From contig NC_086097.1 in assembly GCF_963921235.1 (NCBI RefSeq), forward strand, positions 32,242,001 to 32,306,000: a stretch of 64,000 nucleotides of DNA, given 5' to 3'. The notes below the pieces were generated by a model. It saw nothing but the letters and a program-made list of their open reading frames with translations. It searched no databases and was not told where the DNA came from. This document shows, piece after piece, positions 25,916 through 38,972 of this stretch (position 1 is its first letter; every line of letters starts with the position of its first letter). Position numbers and translations under genes: made by a program. The stretch is from Mobula hypostoma. Lineage: Eukaryota.

Positions 25916-27435
25916 CCAAAAGTTGAGGCCCAAAGACTGAAGCCCCGAGTCTGTGAATCTCTGAGAGTCCACTAGGGAAGTCAGGACCCAGTGTCTGCAA
26001 ATCTATGAGACCACCAGAGGCTGAAGGCTGAAGGTGGCCTGCCTTGGCCTTCGCGGACTATGTATGTGCCTTTGGGAGTGAGGGAGGAACATGGCTTGCT
26101 TTGTTGTTGTTTTGTCAAGTGCTGTGTTCTGTTTTGTTGCGTCCTGCGTTGCTCTGCCTAGCACTGTGGGCACGCTATGCTGGCGCTGGAAGACGTGGCA
26201 ACACTTTCAAAGTACAACCAGCACATCCTTGGGTGTGTTGGTTTATTAATGTGAATGACACAGTTCATTGTACGTTTCAATGTATGTATGACACAGAGGA
26301 ACATCTGTTAAGGGATGGTGCAGTCTTTACAGCGACTAAACTGAGTGCCCAACAATTTCCAGGCTCAATCCTGACCTCGTGCGCTGCATGTGTGACATTT
26401 TCAAGTTCTCCCTGTGATCACACAGGGTTTCTTTGGGGCACTGGTGTTCAGTCAGATGGGAAGAACTTGGGTGGGGTTTGGAGAGGGTGCAGAAAGACCT
26501 GGATTAGAGGGTTTGTGTTATCATGAGAGGTTGGACACATTGGGTTTAATTTCCCTGGGGGCAGAGGCTGAGAGAGATGAGCAAGAGTATAAAAGGCATA
26601 ACCTCTTATAGTACACTGAGTGGACAGCCAAGACTGGTCACCTCATTATAGGAAGGATGTGGAAACTTTAGAAAGGGTGCAGAGGAGATTTATCAGGATG
26701 CTGCCCAGACTAGAGAGCACATCTATAGGTTAAGTGAGCAAGGGCTTTTGTCTTTGAAGCAAAGGAGGAGGAGAGCTGCCTTGACAGAGGTGTATAAGAT
26801 GATAAGAGGCATAGGTTGTGAGATATAGACTATGTGCAGGCAGATGGAATTATCGTGAGCTGTAGAGCCTGTCCCTATGTTGTACTGTTCTATGTCCTAG
26901 AACTTAAAACATTACAGCACAGTACAGGCCCCTTGGCCAACAATGTTCTGCAAATCTCTTAACCAATTCTAAGATCAATCTAACCCTTCCCTCCCACATA
27001 GTCCTCCATTTTTCTTTCACCTATATGCCTATCTAACAGTTTCTTGAATGTCCCTAATGTATCCGCCTCCACCACCACCCCTGGCAGGGCGAACCATGCA
27101 CCCACCACCCTCTGCATAAAATAAAAAAACTACCTCAATATCTCCCCATACTTCACTCCAATCAATATACCTTGTATTTGCCATTTCTACCACGTGGAAA
27201 AAATCTCTGCCTATCCACTCCATGTGCCTTGTCATCTTGTACAACTCTATCAAGTCACCTCTGTTCCTCCTTCACCCCTCCCTCGCTCTACCCAACCCCA
27301 CAAGACATGCTCTCTCTTCCAGGCATCATCTGTGTTCTGTGAATTTCCATGTGCATCCTCTTCCTGACCACTGTGTGCTGCCCGGAACCTGACATACAAC
27401 ATATTCACAGCAACTGTGTGCTTATGAGAGATGAA

Positions 27436-30400
27436 TCACTCACCAGTCCTAGAGGTCGCCCGCAGTGATGTCCCAAGCGTTACTACCCAGTCCTGGAGGT
27501 TGAAGCAACACTCACAACACGCTGGAGGAACTCAGCAGGTCGGGCAGCATCAGTGGAAATGATCAGTCAACGTTTCGGGCCGGAACCCTTTGACTGATCG
27601 TTTCCAGGGATGCTGCCCGACCTGCTGAGTTCCTCCAGTGTGTTGTGAGTGTTGCTTTGACCCCAGCATCTGCAGATTATTTTGTGTTTACAGTCCTGGA
27701 GGTTGCCTAGATATCCCATGAGTCACTACCCAGTCCTAGAGGTCACCCTGGATATCTCATGCATTACTAACCAGTCCTGGAGGTTGCCCATGGCGATGTC
27801 CCATAAGTTACTAACTAGTCCTGGAGGTTGCCCATGGCGATGTCCCATAAGTTACTAACCAGTCCTGGAGATTGCCCACAGCGATGTCCCATAAGTTACT
27901 AACCAGTCCTGGAGATTGCCCACAGCGATGTCCCATAAGTTACTACCCAGTCCTGGAGGTCGCCCTGGATATCTCATGCGTTACTAACCAGTCCTGGAGA
28001 TTGCCAACAGCGGTGTCCCATAAGTTACTACCCAGTCCTGGAGATTGCCAACAGCGGTGTCCCATAAGTTACTACCCAGTCCTGGAGGTCGCCCTGGATA
28101 TCTCATGCGTTACTAACCAGTCCTGGAGATTGCCCACAGCGATGTCCCATAAGTTACTAACCAGTCCTGGCGATTGCCCACAGCGATGTCCCATAAGTTA
28201 CTAACCAGTCCTGGAGATTGCCCACAGCGATGTCCCATAAGTTACTAACCAGTCCTGGAGATTGCCCACGGCGATGTCCCATAAGTTACTAACTAGTCCT
28301 GGAGATTGCCCACGGCGATGTCCCATAAGTTACTAACCAGTCTTGGAGATTGCCCACGGCGATGTCCCATAAGTTACTAACCAGTCCTGGAGATTGCCCA
28401 CGGCGATGTCCCATAAGTTACTAACCAGTCCTGGAGATTGCCCACGGCGATGTCCCATAAGTTACTAACCAGTCCTGGAGATTGCCCACGGCGATGTCCC
28501 ATAAGTTACTAACCAGTCCTGGAGATTGCCCACGGCGATGTCCCATAAGTTACTAACCAGTCCTGGAGATTGCCCACGGCGATGTCCCATAAGTTACTAA
28601 CTAGTCCTGGAGATTGCCCACGGCGATGTCCCATAAGTTACTAACCAGTCCTGGAGGTTGCCCACGGCAATGTCCCATAAGTTACTAACCAGTCCTGGAG
28701 GTTGCCCACAGCGATGTCCCATAAGTTACTAACTAGTCCTGGAGGTTTCACACAGCGATGTCCCACAAGTTACTAACCAGTCCTGGAGGTTGCCCATGGC
28801 GATGTCCCATATGTTACTAACCAGTCCTGGAGGTTGCCCATGGTGATGTCCCATAAGTTACTAACCAGCCCTGGAGGTTGCCCATGGCGACGTCCCATGC
28901 GTTACTAACCAGTCCTGGAGATTGCCCACAGCGATGTCCCACAAGTTACTAACCAGTCCTGGAGGTTGCCCACAGCGATGTCCCATAAGTTACTAACCAG
29001 TCCTGGAGATTGCCCACAGCGATGTCCCATAAGTTACTAACCAGTCCTGGAGATTGCCCACAGCGATGTCCCATAAGTTACTAACCAGTCCTGGAGGTTG
29101 CCCATGGCGATGTCCCATGCGTTACTAACCAGTCCTGGAGGTCGCCCACAGAGATGTCCCAAAAGTTACTAACCAGTCCTGGAGGTTGTCCACAGCGATG
29201 TCCCACAAGTTACTAACCAGTCCTGGAGGTTGCCCACAGCGATGTCCCACAAGTTACTAACCAGTCCTGGAGGTTGCCCACAGCGATGTCCCACAAGTTA
29301 CTCACCAGTCCTGGAGGTTGCCCACAGCGATATCCCACAAGTTACTAACCAGTCCTGGAGGTTGCCCACAGCGATGTCCCACAAGTTACTAACCAGTCCT
29401 GTAGGTTGCCCACAGCGATGTCCCACAAGTTACTAACCAGTCCTGGAGGTTGCCCACAGTGATGTCCCACAAGTTACTAACCAGTCCTGGAGGTTGCCCA
29501 CAGCGATGTCCCACAAGTTACTAACCAGTCCTGGAGGTTGCCCACAGCGATGTCCCACAAGTTACTCACCAGTCCTGGAGGTTGCCCACAGCGATATCCC
29601 ACAAGTTACTAACCAGTCCTGGAGGTTGCCCACAGCGATGTCCCACAAGTTACTAACCAGTCCTGTAGGTTGCCCACAGCGATATCCCACAAGTTACTAA
29701 CCAGTCCTGGAGGTTGCCCACAGCGATGTCCCACAAGTTACTAACCAGTCCTGGAGGTTGCCCACAGCGATGTCCCACAAGTTACCAACCAGTCCTGGAG
29801 GCTGCCCACAGCGATGTCCCACAAGTTACTAACCAGTCCTGGAGGTTGCCCACAGCGATGTCCCACCAGTTACTAACCAGTCCTGGAGGTTGCCCACAGC
29901 GATGTCCCACAAGTTACTAACCAGTCCTGGAGGTTGCCCACAGCGATGTCCCACAAGTTACTAACCAGTCCTGGAGATTGCCCACGGCGATGTCCCACAA
30001 GTTACTAACCAGTCCTGGAGATTGCCCACGGCGATGTCCCATGCGTTACTAACCAGTCCTGGAGGTTGCCCACAGCGATGTCTCATGCATTACTAACCAG
30101 TCCTGGAGGTTGCCCACAGCAATGTCCCATGCGTTACTAACCAGTCCTGGAGATTGCCCACAGCGATGTCCCATAAGTTACTAACCAGTCCTGGAGGTTG
30201 CCCATGGCAATGTCCCATGCGTTACTAACCAGTCCTGGAGATTGCCCACAGCGATGTCCCATGCGTTACTAACCAGTCCTGGAGATTGCCCACAGCGATG
30301 TCCCATGCGTTACTAACCAGTCCTGGAGGTTGCCCACAGCGATGTCCCATAAGTTACTAACTAGTCCTGGAGATTGCCCACAGCGATGTCCCATAAGTTA

Positions 30401-31410
30401 CTTACCAGTCCTGGAGGTTGCCCACAGCGATGTCCCATAAGTTACTAACTAGTCCTGGAGATTGCCCACAGCGATGTCCCATAAGTTACTAACCAGTCCT
30501 GGAGATTGCCCACAGCGATGTCCCATGCGTTACTAACCAGTCCTGGAGGTTGCCCACAGCGATGTCTCATGCGTTACTAACCAGTCCTGGAGGTTGCCCA
30601 CAGCAATGTCCCATGCGTTACTAACCAGTCCTGGAGATTGCCCACAGCGATGTCCCATAAGTTACTAACCAGTCCTGGAGGTTGCCCATGGCAATGTCCC
30701 ATGCGTTACTAACCAGTCCTGGAGATTGCCCACAGCGATGTCCCATGCGTTACTAACCAGTCCTGGAGATTGCCCACAGCGATGTCCCATGCGTTACTAA
30801 CCAGTCCTGGAGGTTGCCCACAGCGATGTCCCATAAGTTACTAACTAGTCCTGGAGATTGCCCACAGCGATGTCCCATAAGTTACTTACCAGTCCTGGAG
30901 GTTGCCCACAGCGATGTCCCATAAGTTACTAACTAGTCCTGGAGATTGCCCACAGCGATGTCCCATAAGTTACTAACCAGTCCTGGAGATTGCCCACAGC
31001 GATGTCCCATAAGTTACTAACTAGTCCTGGAGATTGCCCACAGCGATGTCCCATAAGTTACTAACCAGTCCTGGAGATTGCCCACAGCGATGTCCCATAA
31101 GTTACTAACCAGTCCTGGAGATTGCCCGCAGTGATGTCCCAAGCGTTACTAACCAGTCCTGGAGATTGCCCACAGTGATGTCCCATGCGTTACTAACCAG
31201 TCCTGGAGGTTGCCCACAGCGATGTCCCATAAATTACTAACTAGTCCTGGAGATTGCCCACAGTGATGTCCCATAAGTTACTAACCAGTCCTGGAGATTG
31301 CCCACAGCGATGTCCCATAAGTTACTAACCAGTCCTGGAGATTGCCCGCAGTGATGTCCCATGCGTTACTAACCAGTCCTGGAGGTTGCCTGCAGTGACA
31401 GTCCATGCTT
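27436..31410. repeat. 44-bp tandem array, ~85 units, derived from an exon end plus its 5' splice site
   Basis: Unit gttactaaccagtcctggagattgcccacagcgatgtcccataa; the highest-coordinate unit overlaps coding exon 31374-31553. Confidence 0.97.
27503..27690. mobile_element. Palindromic Penelope-derived non-autonomous element with 15-bp TSD. Relatives near 36500-36600, 38000-38280, 39545-39745, 53297-53415, 55308-55625, 58600-58720 and 61835-61970
   Basis: Inverted arms aagcaacactcacaacacgctggaggaactcagcaggtcgggcagcatc; TSD cagtcctggaggttg at 27488-27502 and 27691-27705. Confidence 0.8.
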
Positions 31411-31553
31411 CTTTGGCAGTCTGGACTATTTGTTGTGCCTCTCCAGCGAGGGTCGGGTTGGAGGTGACCAGCTGCTGAGCCATTTCCCTTAGCAGGGCGA
31501 GTTCCTGTTCCGTCCGCTGCAGCTCGCACTCCAACTCCTTCAGAGCGTCCAGC
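31374..31553 (-). CDS. SYNE2-like: Rod exon (R)LDALKELECELQRTEQELALLREMAQQL...AKEAWTVTAGNLQD(W)
   Basis: 180 nt, phase 2-2; donor TG|gttagt lies in the first unit of the 44-bp array. Confidence 0.85.
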
Positions 31554-31654
31554 CTGGGGGTGGGTTACAGGGTCGCAGTTAGTTCAGGCAGACTCAGACA
31601 AGTGTACAGGTGGAGGGGGTGGGGACTGAGACCCGGCTCGAGGACGGAGGGATC

Positions 31655-31930
31655 GGTTACCCAGCCTCGTGGACCAAGGTGTGAGGGAAGCAGAGGGTTA
31701 CCTCCATGTCAGCCTGCTCGTGGCTCAGGCCAAGCTGGCCATTTAAGAGTCCAGGCGGCAGGCATTCGAGGGCTCTGCCCAGGCCAACTGTCTGGGGTTA
31801 CGTCCATGCCCAGGTGTCCCTGGAAACATCCACTGGTACAATGGCACATTTCTAGCACGGGTGGGCACCTGAGGGGTTCAAGTGTGTTGTGGACAGCGAC
31901 GATTGCGTTGTGTAATTGTAAATACTGTGA
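31655..31930 (+). mobile_element. Decayed Tx1/L1-like LINE ORF2 3' end
   Basis: LLVAQAKLAI*ESR resembles the Tx1 C-terminal motif LLLGLAK.AI.KSR (recalled). Confidence 0.45.
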
Positions 31931-31934
31931 ACCA

Positions 31935-32755
31935 TCAAGGCTGTACAGGAATGAGACATACCAGCTAGTGGAGTGGTGTCGCAGCAATAACCTTGCACTC
32001 AACATCAGTAAGAGGAAAGAGCTGATTGTGGACTTCAGGGAGGGTAAGACAAGGGAACACATACTAATCCTCATATAGGGATCAGAAGTGGAGAGAAAGA
32101 GCAATTTCAAGTTCCTAGGTGTCAAGGCCTCTGAGGATCTGACCTGGTCCCAACTTATCAATGCAGCCATATTTCATTGGGAGTTGAAGAAGATTTGGCT
32201 TGTCACTCAAAACTCTCGAAAACTTCCACAGGTGTACCGTGGAGAGCATTCTAACACGTTGCATCACCGTCTGGTATGCGGGGGCGGGGGGGGGTGCGGT
32301 TCCTATTGCACAGGATCGAAGTAAACTGCAATCAGTCAGCTCCATCATGAGCACTAGCGTCCTTAGTATCCAGGACATCTTACAAGGCATGGTGCCTCAG
32401 AAAAGCGGCTTAAGGACCCCCACCACTCAAGACATGCCCTCTTCTCATATATACTGTCAGGAAGGAGGTACAGAAGCCTGAAGGCACTCACTCAGCGATT
32501 CAGGAACAGCTTCTTCCCCTCTGACATCTGACTCCTAAATGGACAGTGAACCCATAAACACTGCCTCACTACTTTTTAAAATTACTGATTTTGCACTAAT
32601 TACTTTGATTTAACTATTTATTATAAATATATATACTTACTGTAATTAAGTTTTTTCTCTGTATTTATCATGTATTGCATTGTACTGCTGCCGTAAAGTT
32701 AACACATTTCATGACATATGCCGGTGATGTTAAACCTGATTTTCATTCTGATTCT
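31935..32755 (+). mobile_element. Rex1-type LINE 3' fragment, same family as 10990-12668
   Basis: LVEWCRSNNLALNISK; aaacctgatt tail. Confidence 0.88.
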
Positions 32756-33039
32756 CTCCTACTTTCCTCCTGTGCAAAGTGTCGGGAGGGAAAGGCTGGC
32801 TTATCACAAGCTGGCAAATGATAAGATGTGGAGTCAACAGGTATAATAGGAGATTACTGGGACCAGGGGGTTGAGAGGTGGGCAGTGATAACTATGTTGT
32901 GATTTGAAATTGTAAACAGAGCACATCATGAAGTGCTGTAATTCTGTCCTTCTGTGGTCCTTTAATATACTGAATAAACAACCTCTGGGAAATGGAATGG
33001 AGAGTGGTTGGTGGAGGTGTTAATCCCAACGGTACCTAC

Positions 33040-33596
33040 CTCCCCTGTACGGCCGGAACTGTGGCTTCAGGTAACAACATGGCTTGTGCACATTGCTCAA
33101 TTTCTTGCAGGTGTTGGATGAGTCGCTCTTGCCCTGTGCGCATCTTCTCCTGAGGGGGATGCTCCTCCCGTCCAGTGGCATCTCTCTCCCGGTCCAGCAC
33201 TGCCACCAAGTCCTGGCAACGAACCCTGCCGCCCAAACTCCCGTCGCTGAGGCAGAGGCCCGCCGCCTCCAGTGTCTCATCCAGCTGTCGGGCCCTAACC
33301 CATAATCGCTTGGCCTCCTCCTCTGACCGTGGGCTGGGTGTCTCTGCAGCTGCCTGCTGCCCCTGTCCAGCTCCATCCCAGGGCTCTGCGGCCCACAGTG
33401 ACCGCAGGAAATGGTCCAGGCCTTGGAGCGCTGAGGCAGCAGCCTGCATCTGTGCCCCCATCTCCTGACATCGCTGGGCATAGGCATGGGCAATGGAGCA
33501 CACTGCACGGTGATCGACAGGCTCTAGGCTGTCTGGACGCTCACCACACACGACTTCACTGCCTTCAATCAGGGTCCCAGCCGCAGTCTGAAGTTG
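33040..33596 (-). CDS. SYNE2-like: Rod exon QLQTAAGTLIEG...ALQGLDHFLRSL...LLPEATVPAVQG(R)
   Basis: 557 nt, phase 0-2; resembles recalled nesprin-2 TLKALEDFLASL and LKDPTVPAVKHR. Confidence 0.9.
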
Positions 33597-33947
33597 CTGC
33601 AGAGTAAGTAACAAAGTCACAGTGCAGAAACAAGCCCTTTGGCCCAACTCTGCCATGTTGGCCAAACCCCTTATCTAAGAAATTATGTGCTGGCATTGCA
33701 AAGGTTACAGAGGAGGCCCACAAGAATGATCCCTGGGATACAAGGGTTAATATTTCAGGAGTGTTTCATGTCTCTGAGCCTGTACTCACTGCAGTTTCGA
33801 AAAATAGGATGGGGGTTTCACTGAAACATAACCAATATTGAAAGGCCTAGTCAGAGTGGACATGAAGAGGATGCTTCCAGTTGTGGGGGAGTCTAGGACC
33901 AGAGGGCACAACCTCAGAATAGAAGGGCAACATTTTAGAACAGAAAT

Positions 33948-34803
33948 TTTCGGATGACTCTGCCATAGTTGGATTTATCAGCAAGGGAGATGAGGTCGAG
34001 TACAGGGCTACTGTAGGAAACTTTGTCACATGGTGTGAGCAGAATTATCTGCAGCTTAATGTGAAAAAGACTAAGGAGCTGGTGGTAGACCTGAGGAGAG
34101 CTAAGGTACCAGTGACCCCTGTTTTCATCCATGGGGTCAGTGTGGACATGGTGGAGGATTACAAATACCTGGGGATACGTATTGACAATAAACTGGACTG
34201 GTCAAAGAACACTGAGGCTGTCTACAAGAAGGGTCGGAGCTGTCTCTATTTCCTGAGGAGACTGAGGTCCTTTAACATCTGCCGGATGATGCTGAGGATG
34301 TTCTACAAGTCTGTGGTGGCCAGTGCTATGTTTGCTGTTGTGTACTGGGGTAGCAGGCTGAGAGTAGCAGACACCAACAGAATCAACAAACTCATCCATA
34401 AGGCCAGTGATGTTGTGGGGATGGAACTGGACTCTCTCACGGCAGTGTCTGAAAAGAGGATGCTGTCTAAGTTACATGCCATCTTGGACAATGTCTCCCA
34501 TCCACTACATAATGTACTGGATGGGCACAGGAGTACATTCAGCCAGAGACTCATTCCTCTGAGATGCAGCACAGAGCGTCATAGGAAGTCATTCCTGCCT
34601 GTGGCCATCAAACTTTACTACTCCTCCCTTGGAGGGTCAGACACCCTGTGCCAATAGGCTGGTCCTGGATTTATTTCATAATTTACCAGCAGAATTTACA
34701 TATTACTATTTAACTATTTATGGTTCTATTACTATTTATTATTTACGGTGCAACTGTAACGAAAACCAATTTCCCCCGGGATCAATAAAGTATGACTATG
34801 ACT
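33948..34803 (+). mobile_element. Second Rex1-type LINE family, 3' fragment nested in a CR1 (~33670-35045)
   Basis: SDDSAIVG...KTKELVVD, YKYLGI and LYFLRRLRSF; (atgact)n tail; aaat at both junctions. Confidence 0.9.
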
Positions 34804-35049
34804 AAATGAGGAGGAATTTCTTTAGCCAGCGGGTGGTGAATCTGTGAAATTCACTGCCGCAAATGGCTGTAGAAGCCCAGTCTTTGTGTACATTTAAAGC
34901 AGGGGTCGATATGTTCTTGATTAGTAAGGGTGTCAAAGGTTTCGGGGAGAATGGGATTGAGAAAGTTAATAAGTCAGCTATGATAGAATGGTGGAGCTGA
35001 CTGGATGGGCCTCAGTCTGCTCCTATGCCTCATGATCTTATTGTCTAAG

Positions 35050-36345
35050 ATATGCACCTAAACTAATCCCATTTGCCCAGGTTTGGCACATATCTCTCTA
35101 AACCTTTGCCATCCTTGTTCCTGTCCAAGTGTCTTTTATTGTACCTGTCTCAATCACTTCCTCTGACAACTCATTCCATATATTGACCACCCTCTGGGTG
35201 AAGAAACTCTCCTTTAGGTCCCTTTAAAATTTTTTTGTCTCCTACCGTATGTCTAGTTTTTATTCCCCTTCCCTGGGAAAAAGACTATGTGTGTTCACCC
35301 CCCACGCCCATGGATATATACACCCCTCGGTCTCCTATGTCCCAATGAATAAAGTTGCAGCCTGCCCAACCTTCCCTATAACTCAAGCTCCCAAGTCTTG
35401 TAGATCTCCTCTGTATTCATAGCATCTTTCCTTTAGCAAGGTGACAAAAACTGAATGCAATATTCCCACTCAAGCCTTGCCAATACCTTGTATAACTGTA
35501 ACATCCCAACATCTATACTGAAGGCCAGCACGCCAAATGCCTTCTTCACCACACTGTCTCACCCATAATGCTGCTTCCAGCAAAATATGCACTTGTTGTG
35601 CCCCACAACTCTCCCATGATCTGACCATAAATCCTACCCTGATTTAACTTCTCAAAGTCAACACTGCATTGTCAGGATTATATTCCTTCATAAATCAAAG
35701 TACTGAGTATAGGAGTTGAAGTTGGTATATATGTGATGTTGAAGTTGTCCAAGACCTAATTATGTGAGGCCTAATTTGGAGTACTGTATGCAATTCTGGT
35801 TATCTGCCTACAAGAAGTAGATCAATAATTTTGAAAGAGTATAGAGAAAATTTACAAGGTGTTATGTGAGGACCTGAGTTATAGGATAAGCTTGAGTAAG
35901 TTATGACTTTATTCCCTGGAGTATAGGAGAACGAGGGGAGATTTAATAGAGGTATACAAAGTTATGAGAGGTATAGATAGAGTAAAAGCAAGCAATTTTT
36001 TCCAGTGAGGTTGGGTGGGACTGGAACAAGATGTCATGGGTTGGGTGAAACTGGAACAGGAGGTCATGGGTTAAGGGCAAAAAGTGAAATATTTAAGGAG
36101 AACCTGAGGAGGAACTGCTTCACTCAGAAGATGGTGAAAGTGTGGAACGAGCTGCCAGCAGAAGTGGTGGATACCGGTTCGATTTCCACATTGAAGAAAA
36201 GTTTGGACAAGTACATGGATGCTAAGGATATGGAGGGATATAGTCCAGGCGCAGCACAATGGGACGAGAAAGAATAAAAGTTTGGCACAGACTAGATGGG
36301 CCAAAGAGCCTGTTTCTGTGCAGTACTGCTTTATGACTCCATAAC
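35050..36345. mobile_element. Opposed CR1 fragments (minus 35050-35690, plus 35690-36345)
   Basis: RPNLEY.MQFW and FTQKMVKVWNELP remnants. Confidence 0.75.
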
Positions 36346-37004
36346 TCGAACATAACCTCATGGCTCTTGAACTTGGATCCAATCAGCCAACTTGCCTTTG
36401 ATCTGACCAGAAGGACAGCCAATGAGTTCTGTAATTGGACACCGGCTGGGAGGACACACAAAGAGCTCTGTGATTGGACACTGACTGGGAGAAAAAACAA
36501 TAGGTCCTGAAAAGGGGACTCGGCCTGAAACCTTCTGAGTCTCTCCAGCATTTTGTATATTTTGTTTGGACTTAAAACATCCGCAGAATTTCTTGTGAAT
36601 AGGATCTGTGATTGGACACTGACTGGGAGGACAGAGGACAGTAAATTCTGTGACTGGACATTGATTTTGAGGACAGACAACAATGAGCTCTGAGATTGGA
36701 CACTGATTGTGAGGACACCCACTTTCTTGCTCTGACATTGCCACCAAGCCTGTACATTCTCTCCCAGATACTTCCTGCACCTCATGAGAGCCTCTGCCTC
36801 CACCACCCCCTCAGCCAATGGATTCCCAATTCAAACCCCTCTCTGGGAGGGGACCCCCTGGATCCCCTTCCAAACCACTTCCCCCTTAAGCCTCAGGCCT
36901 CTAGGTCTGCCTTTGTTCTAACATGCTGTCGAATCTCCCATGCACCTTCTCCTGTACTGTGCACTCAGCACCTCCCACAAATCCACCTCTTTGACCAGAT
37001 GTAC

Positions 37005-37155
37005 CTTCAGCAGCTCCAGATGGGGCTCGAGCTTCAGGCTGCGTCCACTCAGCACCACTGGCTGACTCTGGAATCGGAGCAATGAGTCATGCAATGGGAG
37101 GATTTCCTCCTCTAGTCCCTCCAGGGTTCCGAGCACCGAGCTCAGGGACCGTTCT
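37005..37155 (-). CDS. SYNE2-like: Rod exon (R)ERSLSSVLGTLEGLEEEILPLHDSLLRFQ...HLELLK
   Basis: 151 nt, phase 2-0; helical heptad pattern. Confidence 0.82.
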
Positions 37156-38517
37156 CTGTAACAAACACATACAGCATTAACACCAGCACACAACCAACAA
37201 CAGACGTCTCTGTATCCTCCTCACTGGCAGTGAGAGAGGAGAAAAGTCACCAAAGGCTCCAGCAAATGTCTAGATGCATTTTGACTGGTCATATCACTAT
37301 CTGGTACAGAGGCCTGGAAAAAGCTGCAGAGGGTTGTAGATTCAGCCGGCTCCATTGCACGCCCAACCCTCCCCACTATCAAAGACATCTTCTAAAGGTG
37401 ATGCCTCAAGAAGGCAGTCTCCATCATTAAGGACCCTCATCAACTGGGACGTGCCCTCTTCTCATTAATATCACCAAGGAGGAGACACAGGAGCCTGAAG
37501 ACCCACACTCAATGATTCAGGAACAACTTATTCCCCTCCACCATCAGAATTCTGAAGAGTCCATGAACTGTTTTGCTGCCTTGCTCTATTTTGCTCTGTT
37601 TTTTCACTATCTACTGAGGACCTCCTGTAACTAATAAAGTGATCACTGAGTGTACGTTCCTGGTCTTCTGCTGCTGGAAACCATCCACTTCAAGGCTCAA
37701 CATGTTGTGCCTTCAGAGCTGCTCTCCTGTATACTACTGTTGTAATGTGTGGTTATCTGAGTTACTGTTGCCTTCCTGTCTGCTTGAACCAGTCTGACCA
37801 TTCTCCTCTGACCTCTCTCATCAACAAGGAGATTTCACCCACAGAACTGCTGCACAAAATCTCTTTTTTCTCTATTCTTATTGTAATTTACCATGTATTT
37901 TATGTCTTGCACTCTACTCCTGCTGCAAAACGAATTTCATGTCATGTCAGTGATACTAAATGTGATTCTGATTCTGGCAGGAGACTGCAGAGGATGAAAT
38001 CTGGGGCATTGCACCGACAGCAGGAGGAACTCAGCACGTCAGGCAGCATCGGGAGAAGGCAAAGGAGCGGCCCTCATTCTGAGTCAAACCCCGACACGAG
38101 GACTGAGAAAGGTGATGGTTAGTATAAAGGAGGGAAGGGAAGTGGTGAAAGAGGAGTCCGAGGTGATTGGTGGACTGAGGACGGGTGTGAGGGGAGTTGT
38201 GCCAGGTGAGGGCAGTTGGAGTAAGGCGTAGGGAGGGGAGTGCTGGAGATAGCTGCTGGAGGGAGGTAAAGAGGACCACAAGGGCTATCAGTCCCTGACT
38301 CTTTTAAGTAAAGGAGACGAAAGTGTGAACCATCAGGGGAGAGGGGTATGACAGACAGAATCAGAACCACAGAAGGGGTGGGTGGGTGGTGGGAGGGGGG
38401 GAGGTCAACTATATGTGCAGAGGGGGATGTAACCAGGAAGGGGAGAGAAGGTGAAGAGGGGCTGGAAGGTGAGGTTGGGGTGTGGTGATGTTCAGGCACA
38501 GAGGCAGCGGGAGGTAC

Positions 38518-38663
38518 CTGCGCTGGAGAGCTCGCAGTAGCTGCACCAGGTCCTCTCTCCCACTCCTAGTGGCTGAAGGCAGTATGTAGGGGTCCATTCC
38601 ATGCTCTTCCATCAGCTCTGCGTCAGACCCAGACAGGCAGGATGTCACTTCAGACTGGGCAGC
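38518..38663 (-). CDS. SYNE2-like: Rod exon AAQSEVTSCLSGSDAELMEEH...LVQLLRALQR(R)
   Basis: ctttcctcacag| and AG|gtacct; phase 0-2. Confidence 0.8.
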
Positions 38664-38854
38664 CTGTGAGGAAAGAGAGTGTCAAGGGCAGACATTTCCT
38701 ACCTACAGGCTGATATGGCAATGTCCTGCCAACACTACCCCCCTTTGTAAACCCAACGTCACCTATACAGTCCTAGTTCAAACACCCTATTTACTCTCAC
38801 CAAACTCTTTTTTTCCTCTCTCTCTCTCCTCCCTCCTCAATTCACAATCCATAC

Positions 38855-38972
38855 CTGCACCTCCTGAAGCTTCTCCCTCAGATCCAACAAGGTTGGCTGG
38901 CAGTGGGCGTCCAACGCACCCCAAGTCCCCAGCCTCTTCAACATCTGCTCCAAATTTTCTGCTGTTTCATAT
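38855..38972 (-). CDS. SYNE2-like: Rod exon (R)YETAENLEQMLKRLGTWGALDAHCQPTLLDLREKLQEVQ
   Basis: Phase 2-0; CAG|gtatgg; resembles recalled nesprin-2 RYDTY...LQAKLTDLQ. Confidence 0.82.

Noticed and set aside
27436..31410. CRISPR-like array
   Set aside because: Units are contiguous with no unique spacers, there are no cas genes, and the context is a eukaryotic intron.
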